A stretch of 64,000 nucleotides of DNA, taken from positions 96,001-160,000 of the forward strand of contig CAVYNY010000007.1 of assembly GCA_963769935.1 (NCBI GenBank), given 5' to 3'. Positions 10,562 to 21,182 of this stretch are shown here, in pieces. The position numbers were made by a program, and so were the translations under genes. The notes beneath the pieces were generated by a model that did not search any database, was not told the origin of the DNA, and was given only the letters and a program-made list of their open reading frames with translations. The number at the start of each line of letters is the position of its first letter. Position 1 is the first letter of the stretch. The stretch comes from an uncultured delta proteobacterium. Its GTDB lineage: Bacteria; Desulfobacterota; Desulfobacteria; Desulfobacterales; JAFDCJ01.

Positions 10562-11044
10562 CTAACTGAACCGCCCGTCATCCACCGCCCCCTCAATTTT
10601 CCTGGTCTTCTGGCCGATCCAGCCGACCCGCTCGACTTTACGGACGTCAAACTCCGGAACATACGGTTTGACATCCAGCAGCGGTGTGCCGTCCACCACA
10701 TCGATATCCCTGACCGTCAGGATGCCGTTTGTTAGGCCGACCAGCCGCACTACCGACAGTCCGATGGGGTTCGGTCGTGACGGGGCCCGGGTGGCGAAAA
10801 GGCCCCGCCGGCGGTCATCCAGAAACGGCGTTACTTTCAAAGAGAATTTTTTAGACAGGTGAAAATGATAGATCAGATAAATGTGGGAAAACCCCGCCAA
10901 ATCATCCAGGCCTGCGGTATATTCCGCAAATAACTCAATGCTGCCTTCAACGTCCGTGGCGGCCGTCGGCTGGATGGGTGTGCCTTCAGGAGTTTTGAAC
11001 GGTGAATGAATTATTCCGATGGGGCGGTACATGATCAGGTTCAT
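10562..11044 (-). CDS. trmO: tRNA t6A37 N6-methyltransferase TrmO (TsaA/YaeB)
   Basis: PIGIIHSPF, GLFATRAPSRPNPIGLS, DGTPLLDVKPY. Confidence 0.92.
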   Translation of the reverse strand: MNLIMYRPIGIIHSPFKTPEGTPIQPTAATDVEGSIELFAEYTAGLDDLAGFSHIYLIYHFHLSKKFSLKVTPFLDDRRRGLFATRAPSRPNPIGLSVVRLVGLTNGILTVRDIDVVDGTPLLDVKPYVPEFDVRKVERVGWIGQKTRKIEGAVDDGRFS

Positions 11045-11053
11045 CTTGATATC

Positions 11054-11254
11054 CTAACCGGCAGCGGCCCTTGTCTTCTCATCTTCATCCAGATTGCCTT
11101 TGCGTTTGGTTAAAAAGTGAATGGGGCAAGCTGACCGATATTTACAGTATAATCCCGGGTCGCGGCATACCAGGCAATCCTCGCACATGTAAAGATTGTG
11201 TTTCAGGCAAGCATAACTGGTTTCTTTTTCAGGGTGATTCACGCAACTTCCCAA
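11054..11254 (-). CDS. Small Cys/His-rich putative zinc-binding protein
   Basis: 66 aa with CxxH...CxxH...CxxC..C...C....C pattern. AGGAG RBS before the TTG start; 9 nt upstream of trmO. Confidence 0.7.
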   Translation of the reverse strand: MGSCVNHPEKETSYACLKHNLYMCEDCLVCRDPGLYCKYRSACPIHFLTKRKGNLDEDEKTRAAAG

Positions 11255-11544
11255 ATTGGTTTTCTCCTCTTTGCCCGGAAGCTCAATTCCGGATCATAAC
11301 TCAATCGGCTTTTAAGATAATCTTAATTTGCAAATTTTTCAAGCCGCCAATCTATTTCTGCAATTGGCGGACCACCAATTTCAAACCGCCTGCGAACCGC
11401 CCCTTACCCTGCCTGAGACAACCGCTTCCTATCATTCAACTGATTCCGGAGCCATATCGGAATTGAAGAAAAAAAGTTAAAGCTTTTGAAATTACTGACG
11501 ATACAAGTTAACAGCGTGCAGTCCGAACCTGCCCCTAAGGTGGG

Positions 11545-12318
11545 TTGACAAAAGAAAGGAAACCACAAACGGTGAACCCTGACCCCCTGAACGCCGCTAA
11601 AAAAAATATTTGCATCACCTTATTGATATTGCTCGGTTCCATATGCTCGACCGCCATGGCCGGTAATATCCCTTCTGAAATCATTATGGCCAGCGAAGAG
11701 TGGACCAACGCCACCAACCGCGACGGCACCGGGCTATACTGGGATATATTTAGAGCCGTCTATGAACCGGTGGGCATCAAGACCAGATTTATCATTCAAT
11801 CGTTTAATGGGTCGGTGAGCCTGGTTAAAAAAAACAGGGTCGATGCCGCCGTCGGAATCTATCCGGAAATGATCGAGGGCGCCCTGTTTTCCCAGTATCC
11901 TTTCATTAAAGATTATGTGCTGGCATTATTCAAAAAGAACAGGGTATCGCAGTGGAACGGCCAGAAAACGCTTCAGGATAAAAAGGTTGCCTGGCTTAAA
12001 GGGTACGCTTACGACAAATATCTGGAAGTGCCGGTGGTTAAAGAAGAATTCGACCGGAGGGAGAATATTCTGCGCCGGCTCGATCAAAACAACATCGACT
12101 TCTTCATTGATTCCCGCAACGACATGGAATCAGTCCTAAATCAAGGCATTATCGAAGTCAGCCGCTACACCGTAGAAACAGTTCTGGAGCTCGATCGGTA
12201 CCTGGTGTTTGCGAACAATCCCAAGGGCAAGACACTCAAAGAGATATTTGACCATCGATTCCCGAGCTTGGTCCAATCCGGTGAAATCGAGAAATTATCT
12301 GCCAAATGGAACTGGTGA
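11545..12318 (+). CDS. Periplasmic substrate-binding protein, family 3-like (orphan)
   Basis: Signal peptide followed by an SBP_bac_3-like pattern (GLYWDIFRAV...RVDAAVG...VQSGEIEKL). The true start may be downstream. Confidence 0.75.
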   Translation: MTKERKPQTVNPDPLNAAKKNICITLLILLGSICSTAMAGNIPSEIIMASEEWTNATNRDGTGLYWDIFRAVYEPVGIKTRFIIQSFNGSVSLVKKNRVDAAVGIYPEMIEGALFSQYPFIKDYVLALFKKNRVSQWNGQKTLQDKKVAWLKGYAYDKYLEVPVVKEEFDRRENILRRLDQNNIDFFIDSRNDMESVLNQGIIEVSRYTVETVLELDRYLVFANNPKGKTLKEIFDHRFPSLVQSGEIEKLSAKWNW

Positions 12319-12702
12319 TCCGATAGCGACAATCGGATTCCGGATTGCAGATTTCAGCCCCTTTTATCATTCAATATTCGATGTTGGACGTTTCACGCCG
12401 TGGCGTGATGCGACGTTCAATTTGTTAACCGGCCCCCTACCACGGAAAGTTTCATATGACGCAAACCGCCGGTATCTGAACCTCTGAATCCCTGAACGGG
12501 AGCCAAACCCTTCGACTTTCAACTATTCAAAAAATTGCATTGCCATCGAATCATAATTAACTTAATCTAATTAATCCGCTGCAGTTTCGATCAAGCAAGT
12601 TTTTCTATTTTTCAAAGATTCACATTCAACCCGAGCATGCTTTTTTTCAAGGCGGATTAATTCGCCCGAAACGTGTTAACCCGAGCAGAAAGTCAAAAAA
12701 AG

Positions 12703-14307
12703 ATGGCCAAAAATAAGACCTACGCCAACGACCTATCCGGGGCGGAAGAAAAAATATTACTGGTGGACGACAATACCACCAATCTCCAATTGCTGCATGG
12801 AACCCTGGATGGTCTGGGCTATAAGCTTCTCATTGCCAAAAATGGGAAAGCCGCCCTGGCAATTGCCGGCAAAGCCAAACCCTCGCTCATTCTGCTGGAT
12901 ATTATGATGCCGGAGATGGATGGTTATGAGGTGTGCCGCCGGTTGAAATCGGAAGAAAGTACATCTCAGATTCCCGTAATATTCATTAGCGCACTGGCGG
13001 ATGAAGAGGATGAAGCCAAGGGGCTTGGGATGGGCGCGGTGGATTATATCACCAAGCCGATTAAACCGGAACTGGTCCGGGCGCGGGTGCGCAATCATCT
13101 GGAACTGAAACGGTACCAGGACCATTTGGAAAAGCTGGTAGAGGAGCGCACACGGCGGCTGGCGTTGACCCAGGCGGTGACCATTGAAAGCCTGGCAACC
13201 CTGGCCGAATACCGGGACCCCGAGACCGGCGGCCACATCAAGCGGACGCAAAATTATCTGAAAGCGCTGGCTGTAAAACTTAAGGATCATCCCCGATTCC
13301 GTGATGAGCTGCGGGATGATATCATCGAGCTGCTCTATCTGTCCGCCCCGCTGCATGATTTAGGGAAGGTGGGCGTGCGGGACAATGTGCTGCTCAAAGC
13401 CGATCAACTGACAGACGAAGAATTTGAGGAGATGAAAAAACACACGATTTACGGCGAAGAAGCCTTGCGCATTACGGAACAGAAATTGGGCGGCGATTCC
13501 TTCCTGCATTATGCCAGAGAAATAGCTTATACCCATCAGGAAAAATGGAACGGGACCGGATACCCGCGGGGCTTGAAAGGTGATGAAATCCCGCTTTCCG
13601 GGCGTTTAATGGCCCTGGCGGACGTATATGATGCGCTGATCAGCAAACGCATATACAAACCGCCGTTTCCCCATGAAAAGGCTGTAAAGATCATTGGTGA
13701 GGGCAAGGGCCAACATTTTGATCCCGATATGGTAGATGCTTTCCTTGAACTGGAAGACACCTTCCGCAACATCGCGCTGACCTTTGCCGATTTCGAGGAG
13801 GAGCGGCAGATGCTCCGCGGCGCGAATGCACTCCGCTCCAGGGACTGCGGGCAGATTGAGAATATCCTGCTGGCTGAAGACAATGAAATCAATCTGGAAA
13901 TTATGCGCAGCCAGCTGACTTCATTGGGTTACAAGGTAGACACGGCGCTGAACGGAAAAGAAGCGCTGGAAAAGTTTAAAAAAAATAAATATGACGTGGT
14001 TTTGACGGATATTGAAATGCCGGAAATGAACGGCTATGAATTGGCGGCGGCGATTCGCCGCCTGAAAGAGAATGCGGGGTATGCTGCCCCGGTGCTTGCC
14101 ATCACCGCCAGTGAATTCGATTTAAATGAGGAGCGGGCCGTATCCATGGGATTTACCGGCTACATGCTCAAGCCGCTCGACCTCGAATTGCTCAAATCCA
14201 AATTTGCCGATATCGTTTGTAATCCCTGCCCCGAACCGGCCGGAGCTAAAAAAGAGATTAATCACGAAAGCACGAAAGAACGAAAACACGAAAAAGAGAG
14301 TAGATAA
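12703..14307 (+). CDS. Response regulator REC-HD-GYP-REC, c-di-GMP phosphodiesterase candidate
   Basis: First REC: ILLVDD/LLDIMMP. HD-GYP: LHDLGK and HQEKWNGTGYP. Second REC: LLAEDN/LTDIEMP/KP. Confidence 0.93.
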   Translation: MAKNKTYANDLSGAEEKILLVDDNTTNLQLLHGTLDGLGYKLLIAKNGKAALAIAGKAKPSLILLDIMMPEMDGYEVCRRLKSEESTSQIPVIFISALADEEDEAKGLGMGAVDYITKPIKPELVRARVRNHLELKRYQDHLEKLVEERTRRLALTQAVTIESLATLAEYRDPETGGHIKRTQNYLKALAVKLKDHPRFRDELRDDIIELLYLSAPLHDLGKVGVRDNVLLKADQLTDEEFEEMKKHTIYGEEALRITEQKLGGDSFLHYAREIAYTHQEKWNGTGYPRGLKGDEIPLSGRLMALADVYDALISKRIYKPPFPHEKAVKIIGEGKGQHFDPDMVDAFLELEDTFRNIALTFADFEEERQMLRGANALRSRDCGQIENILLAEDNEINLEIMRSQLTSLGYKVDTALNGKEALEKFKKNKYDVVLTDIEMPEMNGYELAAAIRRLKENAGYAAPVLAITASEFDLNEERAVSMGFTGYMLKPLDLELLKSKFADIVCNPCPEPAGAKKEINHESTKERKHEKESR

Positions 14308-14384
14308 ATTTCGTGCTTTCTATATTTCGTGTTTTTGTGATAAAAAAGTTTCTTCATAAAATGTAAGGAAATAGCAATTAAGAC
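14256..14384 (+). repeat. Dispersed palindromic repeat, copy 2 (overlaps the 3' end of the HD-GYP gene)
   Basis: attaatcacgaaagcacgaaag...gataaatttcgtgctttc...cataaaatgtaaggaa...caattaagac. Confidence 0.85.
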
Positions 14385-14490
14385 GAACCCTTAAAAACCT
14401 TAATCTGCTAAAACAGTTTGACTTTCGATTAGCCCCTGATGTAAGAGACAAAAACTTTTGTCGTCACTAACATCCCAAAGGAGAAAACAA

Positions 14491-15288
14491 ATGAAAAAAG
14501 CGTTCGCTCTAACACTTGCGGCGGTGATGCTACTGGTGGTGGTCAATATCGCCGCAGCGGGCAAAGCATTGGATAAGGTCCTCAAAAAAGGGGAGCTGGT
14601 GGTGGCCATCACCGGTTCACAGCCGCCGCTGAATGCAACCGATAAAACGGGTAAGATCATCGGTTATGATGCCGATATTGCTCAATTGATCGCCAGAAAT
14701 ATGGGCGTGAAATTAAAATTTGCCACCATGCCTTTTCCTGATTTGCTGACGGCTTTAAAAGCAGGTAAAGTGGATATGGTGCTGTCCGGCATGACCATGA
14801 CTCTGGAACGCAACCTGAGTGTGGCTTTTGTCGGACCGTATTATGTCTCCGGCAAGGGAATTTTGACCAAAGCTCAAAGCATCGGCGCCATACAGCAGGC
14901 TGAAGGACTGAATAACCCGGATTTTAAAGTGGCCGTGCTGCAAAATTCGACCAGTCAAACATTCGTTGAGCAAGCTGCACCAAAGGCCAAGCTGGTGCCG
15001 ACCAAATCCTATGACGAAGCCATCGAGCTGCTCTTTAAGGACAAAGTCGATGCACTTGTGGCCGATTATCCCTTCTGTGCTTTTTCTGCTTTCCGCTACC
15101 AGGACAAAGGCCTGGTTGCCGGCCAATCAAAGTTTACCGTTGAACCGTTGGGAATTGCCGTGCCCGAGGACACGCTGCTGATCAACTGGCTGGGCAATTT
15201 TTTAAGCATGCTTGAAGCCAGCGGTCAAATGAAGGCGCTGAATAAACGCTGGTTTCAAGACGGTTCCTGGATAAAGCAACTTCCTTAA
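14491..15288 (+). CDS. Amino-acid ABC transporter substrate-binding protein (family 3)
   Basis: Signal peptide; GELVVA...PPLN...IGYDADIA...GKVDMVLSGMTMTLER; AGGAG RBS. Confidence 0.9.
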   Translation: MKKAFALTLAAVMLLVVVNIAAAGKALDKVLKKGELVVAITGSQPPLNATDKTGKIIGYDADIAQLIARNMGVKLKFATMPFPDLLTALKAGKVDMVLSGMTMTLERNLSVAFVGPYYVSGKGILTKAQSIGAIQQAEGLNNPDFKVAVLQNSTSQTFVEQAAPKAKLVPTKSYDEAIELLFKDKVDALVADYPFCAFSAFRYQDKGLVAGQSKFTVEPLGIAVPEDTLLINWLGNFLSMLEASGQMKALNKRWFQDGSWIKQLP

Positions 15289-15300
15289 AAAAAGGAGGTC

Positions 15301-15531
15301 GTGAAGATGAGATTAATAAGAGTGGGGGCGCTGATCCTTATGGTTCTTGTGAGCGTAGGGCTGACGGCCTGCGGCGGGAAGAGAACTAAATCCGATGTCA
15401 AAACTGAGACGATTACTACCACCCTGGGACAGGAACTGCTGGACTTGCATAAAGCTTACAAGGACGGAATTATTACCCAGAAAGAATATGAAAAAGCCAG
15501 ACAGGCCCTCATAGATAAAAGAACCGAATAG
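15301..15531 (+). CDS. Small lipoprotein with SHOCT domain
   Basis: Lipobox LTAC; TLGQELLDLHKAYKDGIITQKEYEKAR; AGGAGG RBS. Confidence 0.85.
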   Translation: MKMRLIRVGALILMVLVSVGLTACGGKRTKSDVKTETITTTLGQELLDLHKAYKDGIITQKEYEKARQALIDKRTE

Positions 15532-15535
15532 AAAT

Positions 15536-15577
15536 AAATCCGGCGGATCGCCAAAAATACGGCGATCCGCCGGATTT
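15536..15577. terminator. Bidirectional intrinsic terminator hairpin between convergent genes
   Basis: Perfect 17-bp stem aaatccggcggatcgcc / ggcgatccgccggattt. Confidence 0.85.
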
Positions 15578-18401
15578 ATATTGACTTCCCTCTTTCATAG
15601 GAAGAAGCCGACCGCTCGAGGCCTTCATCCAGTACCCGCCGGATAATTCCGGCGAGATCCTTTATCACCACGGGTTTCATAAGCAATTCCCGGATGCCGA
15701 TTTCATTGGCGACATCCGGGTTGATTCTGGCGCTGTATCCGGTACAAACGATTATCGGTATGGCCGGGCGGATGGCGATGAGTTCCCTCGCCAGAACATC
15801 GCCGGGCATGTGCGGCATGGTCATGTCGGTAATAACCAAATCGAATTTATCCGGTGCCTGCCGGAATGCGTCAAGGGCTTCGATACTGCTGCCGCAGGTG
15901 GTCAGCCGATATCCCAGGCGGGTCAACATCTTTTTGGCGATATCCGTCTGAAACGGCTCATCGTCTACAAACAGGATATGCTCCATTCCGGTGAGCATAA
16001 GGTTGGCGGATTCGTTTTGCGGACTCAATTCGGACTCATTCGCCGGGAAATATAGCTTGAAAACGGATCCCTGTCCCGGTGTGCTGTCGACCGTTATCGC
16101 CCCGCCATGGCTCTTGACAATGCCGTGAACCACGGAGAGCCCCATGCCGGTGCCTTCCCCCTTTTTTTTGGTGGAAAAAAAGGGGTCAAAGATGCGTTCC
16201 ATTACCTCCGGTGACATTCCATGTCCCGTGTCACTCACCGTCAGTCGTACAAATTTTCCCGGTTTCAGATCAGGATGCTGTTTGATGAAGTCCTCATCCA
16301 GGTCAACATCTTCAAGGTTCACCTGGAGGATGCCGCCATTCGCCTGCATTGCATAGCCGGCATTGGTGCACAGATTCATTATAACCTGGTGAATATTGGT
16401 GGCATCCGAAATGACTGCCAGATTGGACTTTATGCTGTTTCGAATCTCTATCGTCGACGGCAGGGATGCCCGGAGCAATTTGAGCGCCTCATTGACGATC
16501 AGGTTGATCCTGACCGGTTGCATCTCGTGCTCGCGCTGGCGGCTGTATGTAAGAATATGCTGCACCAGCTCTCGGGCGCGACCGCCGGCCATCAATACCT
16601 GTTTTAAATTGCCGCGAATCGCAGAATCCTGGGGTAGATCGATCAGGGACAGCTCCGTATATCCCAGAATGGCGGATAATATATTGTTAAAATCATGGGC
16701 GATACCGCCGGCCAATGTGCCGATGGCTTCCATTTTCTGAGCCTGAGCCAGTCGCTTTTCAAGCTGCCATTTTTCAGTAACATCAATGCCGACGCACAAT
16801 ATTTCTTTGACCCGGTTTTCGGCATCATAAATTGCCTTGTTCATCCAAGCTATCCGCACCCGTTCACCGTTGCGTCGCAGATTCTCGTTTTCGTTGGAAG
16901 TAAAGCGTTCAGGCTGGGTGCCCATGTCCTTGATCATGGCTTCCAGATCGAAGCCGTTTCGGTCGACTTGCGGTACGATGGTGCCGATCACATTCTTGCC
17001 GAGGATCTCTTCCTCACTGTATCCGAAAAAGGTCTGGGCGTATTTATTAAAAAAAATTATGTTGCCGGCGGTGTCCATGCGCAGGATAATGCTGTTGACG
17101 CTTTGAACGAGCTCACGATGTTTACGCTCACTATCGCGCAAAGCGGCCTCGGCCTTGTTTCTTTCCGTAATCATGCGGTTGGCCGCGCGTGCCAGGGTTT
17201 CAAATTCCTTAAAATGCAGATTTTCGGAGTCGATTTTAGCTGATTCAGTGGCGGCCGTTGACAAAAATGCGGAAAATTGGTTGAAACTCCTGCTTATTCT
17301 GTCGGTAACAAGCTTGGCGGTGATAAAAATGAACAACACAACGGCCGCCAGAATGATAATGATTTTGAAAAGGTTGCTTCTGATTCTTTTCTGCAAGGCA
17401 TCTCTTTTGTGTTGAATGATGGTTTCGATTTTATCCACATTGACCCCGGCCCCCACATACCACTTCCATTCCGGGATACCGGTGGTGTAGCTCAGCTTGT
17501 TGTAGGTGACATCGCTGTTGAATTTCGGCATAACATAACTGACGAATCCACCCCCCGACCTGGCAGCCTTGATCAATTCGCGGACAATCTTAACGCCGTT
17601 CGCATCGGTGACGTCTGCCATATTCCGGCCTTTGGCCGGGTTTACCAGACTTAAGCCGTCCCATTGACCTGCAAATATATAGCCGTCATCGCCAAAGGTT
17701 ATATTTTCCAATCGCGCCAGAACTTCCTGCTGGATATCGTTGACCACATCATCCGGATATTCGCCGGTTCCGATCAACCAATCAAACGGTTCAAAATGCT
17801 TTATGTATGCAATTTTGGGAAAATCTTTTCCGATACTCTGCGGCTTGGTCCATGCATAGCGGTAAAATCCTTGACCGGATTTTTTGACCAAATCGATCAT
17901 ATCCCGGATCACAGATTTGCCCTGCGTATCCTGCATACCGATAAGATTCAGGCCTTCCATTTCAGGCCTGTCGGCAGACAGGATTTCGACGCCGTCCAAA
18001 CGGGTTATAAAATAATACCCGCGCTGATTGTTATAGCGAATGGGCCGTAACGCATCTATAATGATCTGTTTTATTTCGGCAGGACTTTTACTCGTCTTGT
18101 TCCGGTTGTATAAATTCAGGGCAATGTCATAAGCTTCATTTGTTCGATCTTTTATTATCTGTTTTAACCTTTCTTCGGCCTGGGATCTTTTGTATTCAAT
18201 ATAGTCGATGACTTTGTCCGTCTCTGCTTTGATGAGGCTCTTTTGGGTGTCTAAATAGTCTTCTCGCAAGGTAACCGCTTCCTTCTTAAACCGCGCATAC
18301 TCATTTAATATCCACAGCGATCCGACCAGGCACACGGAAATAAAAGCCGGAATTACCATACTGTAAAGGAATATCTTTGTGACGTTGTATTTTGTTTTCA
18401 T
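15576..18401 (-). CDS. Hybrid sensor histidine kinase (TM, two Cache_2, TM, PAS, HisKA, HATPase, REC)
   Basis: GGIAHDFNN H-box, NLCTNA, DTGHG, GTGMGL, C-terminal REC. Two Cache repeats (DTQGKSVI and DANGVKIV). Confidence 0.94.
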   Translation of the reverse strand: MKTKYNVTKIFLYSMVIPAFISVCLVGSLWILNEYARFKKEAVTLREDYLDTQKSLIKAETDKVIDYIEYKRSQAEERLKQIIKDRTNEAYDIALNLYNRNKTSKSPAEIKQIIIDALRPIRYNNQRGYYFITRLDGVEILSADRPEMEGLNLIGMQDTQGKSVIRDMIDLVKKSGQGFYRYAWTKPQSIGKDFPKIAYIKHFEPFDWLIGTGEYPDDVVNDIQQEVLARLENITFGDDGYIFAGQWDGLSLVNPAKGRNMADVTDANGVKIVRELIKAARSGGGFVSYVMPKFNSDVTYNKLSYTTGIPEWKWYVGAGVNVDKIETIIQHKRDALQKRIRSNLFKIIIILAAVVLFIFITAKLVTDRISRSFNQFSAFLSTAATESAKIDSENLHFKEFETLARAANRMITERNKAEAALRDSERKHRELVQSVNSIILRMDTAGNIIFFNKYAQTFFGYSEEEILGKNVIGTIVPQVDRNGFDLEAMIKDMGTQPERFTSNENENLRRNGERVRIAWMNKAIYDAENRVKEILCVGIDVTEKWQLEKRLAQAQKMEAIGTLAGGIAHDFNNILSAILGYTELSLIDLPQDSAIRGNLKQVLMAGGRARELVQHILTYSRQREHEMQPVRINLIVNEALKLLRASLPSTIEIRNSIKSNLAVISDATNIHQVIMNLCTNAGYAMQANGGILQVNLEDVDLDEDFIKQHPDLKPGKFVRLTVSDTGHGMSPEVMERIFDPFFSTKKKGEGTGMGLSVVHGIVKSHGGAITVDSTPGQGSVFKLYFPANESELSPQNESANLMLTGMEHILFVDDEPFQTDIAKKMLTRLGYRLTTCGSSIEALDAFRQAPDKFDLVITDMTMPHMPGDVLARELIAIRPAIPIIVCTGYSARINPDVANEIGIRELLMKPVVIKDLAGIIRRVLDEGLERSASSYERGKSI

Positions 18402-18597
18402 TAGCTCACTCTAAAATAAACCCCGGGCTCCCGGTGTTGCCGAAAGCCGGTTCGCCAAGACGGATTGCCTGCAAGTTGAAGCAATAATCCTTAAAACTAA
18501 CACCTGCTATCCATTATTTCAAGAAATGGAAGCGAAAGGCGAAAAATGAGTAAAGTTAGGCCTTTTCCCGGTTTGCCCGTGCCGGAGAGGGCAGCTC

Positions 18598-18647
18598 AAA
18601 AAAAAACTGGAAGCGGCTGCTTTTCCAGGCCCGGCAGCGCTTCCAGA
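18598..18647 (-). terminator. Intrinsic terminator of the 3-hydroxyacyl-CoA dehydrogenase gene
   Basis: Stem ctggaagcggctgc...gcagcgcttccag followed by a T9 run on the minus strand. Confidence 0.7.
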
Positions 18648-18671
18648 AAGTTGGGATAGGACAAGGATTCT

Positions 18672-19610
18672 TTACTTCAATTGATCCGTCATATCTTCAG
18701 CCGATCCGATAATATAATGGGATAAATCCCGGGCTTTGGGTTTACGCGGATCGCTCCAGTCATAGAAACCTGTTCCGCTGCTGGCGCCGTACTCTCCGTT
18801 TTTCACCATGCGCATGAGAGTTAAGGGCGGATACATGCGGGGATCATTGGAGGCCTGATACATCTGGAGCGCAACGCGCAGCATTGTGGGGGATGTGACA
18901 AAATCATGGAGCTTAAATGTTCCCTGGGGATGTCCCAGACTGGTGTTCAAACCGATGTCGCCGTCTGCTACTTTTATTTTGCCCTGCTCCAGCAGGCGCA
19001 CGGCATCCAGCATCTGGGGAACAAGCAGCCGGTTGACCCAGAAGCCGGGAATGTTGGGTGCCAGGAAGGGGGCCTTTTTCATTTCAAGCAGGGTTTGGCG
19101 GGTGAATTCGACGGTTTCGCCGGTGGTCCTGTCTCCCGGCACCACCTCAACGCCGGGCATCAGAGGCACCGGGTTCATCCCATGGGTAATGATCGAACGC
19201 GCGGGCCGGCCGCCGGCCGCGGCCATTGGATTAATATCCAGACTGCTGGTGTTTGACCAGAACACCACATTTTCGGGCAGCTGGGGCAAATAATCTGAAA
19301 GGACCGAGCATTTGAGTTTCAGATCTTCAAAGATGACTTCCAGAAAAACGTCACAGCTTTGGGCAGCATCGATGAAGCCCTTTTTGTTTTCGTGGGCGGT
19401 AATTTTTTGGGCGGCATTCGATACAAAATCAGGATCATCGATTTTAAATTTTTTGGCTACCGTCGCGGCCAGTTTCTCGCATCCGGCTGCAACCCCGGCA
19501 AGAATATCCGAGTTTGCATCAAAACAGTGCACATCGTGTCCGGTCATTGCACATTGCGTAATCCAGCCGCGTCCCATAATTCCCGTACCAAGAATTGCGA
19601 ATTTCATCAT
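18672..19610 (-). CDS. 3-hydroxyacyl-CoA (3-hydroxybutyryl-CoA) dehydrogenase family
   Basis: GTGIMG, SNTSS, HGMNP..M..VE, PGFWVNR, GTGFYDW. Confidence 0.88.
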   Translation of the reverse strand: MMKFAILGTGIMGRGWITQCAMTGHDVHCFDANSDILAGVAAGCEKLAATVAKKFKIDDPDFVSNAAQKITAHENKKGFIDAAQSCDVFLEVIFEDLKLKCSVLSDYLPQLPENVVFWSNTSSLDINPMAAAGGRPARSIITHGMNPVPLMPGVEVVPGDRTTGETVEFTRQTLLEMKKAPFLAPNIPGFWVNRLLVPQMLDAVRLLEQGKIKVADGDIGLNTSLGHPQGTFKLHDFVTSPTMLRVALQMYQASNDPRMYPPLTLMRMVKNGEYGASSGTGFYDWSDPRKPKARDLSHYIIGSAEDMTDQLK

Positions 19611-19654
19611 TTTCCTCCCTGTTTTTTAGTCTTTCTTGTTTTTTTTTAGCCATT

Positions 19655-19724
19655 AATGCAGAAACTTTTTTGTCACGAAATCACGAAATGGAAAAAACAC
19701 GAAAGAAAAGAGAGATTTCGTGCT
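19655..19724 (-). repeat. Dispersed palindromic repeat, partial copy 3
   Basis: Reverse complement reads gcacgaaa...tttcgtg...atttcgtgatttcgtgacaaaaaagtttctgcat. Confidence 0.7.
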
Positions 19725-20132
19725 CACGCCGGCGCTGCGCATCCCAATATTCTTATTATTTTGGTGATTGATTCTATAGGGTTTCCTGATACAGCAGGAT
19801 TTCCGATTCACTGCGAATCCGGCAGCGGGATCTCCGTTGCGCTGCGACCGCCTTTTCCGGGTTAGGCTGCTAAAGTGAATAAAGAGTATAGAAAATTGAT
19901 GTTTCATGTGTCAAATAAAAATTTTCCAATTTTGACCCGCTATCCCGGTATTCCAATATTCCCGTCCCGCTAAACCGTGATGAAGGCGCGTAAACACAAG
20001 GTATTAAATCGCCTGGCTAATAGGTTGTGGTTTATCCGGGTCAAGGGTTGACATAATGTATTTGATTTTTAGATTCTTTCATACGATAAAGAAATGTAAT
20101 CTTACGATGGATCGAATAAACGGTAACAGGCA

Positions 20133-21182
20133 ATGGGCTTCTTGAAAAAAAAGACGTTGATGGGAATGTCGCGAACCTGCGGCTGAGCGGCCAAAATAGG
20201 TCCGGCGGATCTGTCGGAAGCGTTGAAAGATTTGGAACCATCGGGTGATGAGAATTTGCTTGTCGGGTATGAGACCAGCGACGATGCAGCCGTGTATCGC
20301 CTGACATCCGAAATCGCCCTGATCAGCACAGTGGATTACATTACACCACCGGTTGATGATCCTTACTGGTTTGGGCAGATTGCAGCCGCAAATTCGCTGT
20401 CCGATGTGTATGCCATGGGCGGAAAGCCGTTGACGGCTCTAAACCTGGTGATGTTTCCATCCAAGAAACTGGACCTGGGTTTGCTGAAAGACATCCTGCG
20501 CGGCGGCAACGATAAAATTAAGGAGGCCGATGCATCCATGGCGGGCGGTCATTCGGTGGATGATAATGAACCGAAATACGGGTTGGCGGTGACCGGGAAA
20601 ATCCATCCGGATCGAATACTGACCAATCGGGGCAGCCGGGCAGGCGATGCGCTTATTTTGACCAAACCGCTGGGAACGGGGGTGCTTTTCAACGCCAATC
20701 GTTCCGGCAAACTGCCTTACGCTGAGCTGGAAGTCATTTTACCCCGCATCGCCGCGCTGAACCGCAAGGCCCTGGAGACCGCTTTAAATTTTAAGGTCCA
20801 TGCCTGCACCGATATCACCGGATTCGGTATCCTGGGCCATAGTTTTGAAATGGCCCGGGGCAGCGGCGTGCAAATTGAACTGGATTACGACCGGCTGCCC
20901 TTTTATCCCCATGCCCGGTCGATGTACCAGAAGGGTGAAACCACCGGCAGCAACAAGGCCAACCGGCAACTGGTCGGCGGGCACTGGGAGGCGGTCAAAT
21001 CCATGGCTTTTGATGAAGAGGAACTTCTCTTTGATCCTCAGACGTCCGGCGGACTACTGCTGTCCGTGCCGGAAACCGAGGCGAATAAACTGTTAGAAGC
21101 ATTGCATGCGGCCGGTGTCGATACTGCAGTTCGCGTGGGTAAGGTCGCCGGCGGGGATCGGCCGTTGGTAAGGGTGGTTTAG
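20133..21182 (+). CDS. selD: Selenide, water dikinase SelD, selenocysteine-containing (Sec at codon 18)
   Basis: ATG 20133 reads MGFLKKKTLMGMSRTCG-UGA-AAKIGP in frame with ORF 20223..21182 (DDAAVY, ANSLSDVYAMGG, GGHS, DITGFG, FDPQTSGGLL). Confidence 0.95.
20184..20214 (+). promoter_or_regulatory. Sec UGA codon and candidate bacterial SECIS hairpin
   Basis: TGA at 20184-20186, then stem ataggtcc / ggatctgt with a G-containing apical loop about 18 nt downstream. Confidence 0.7.
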
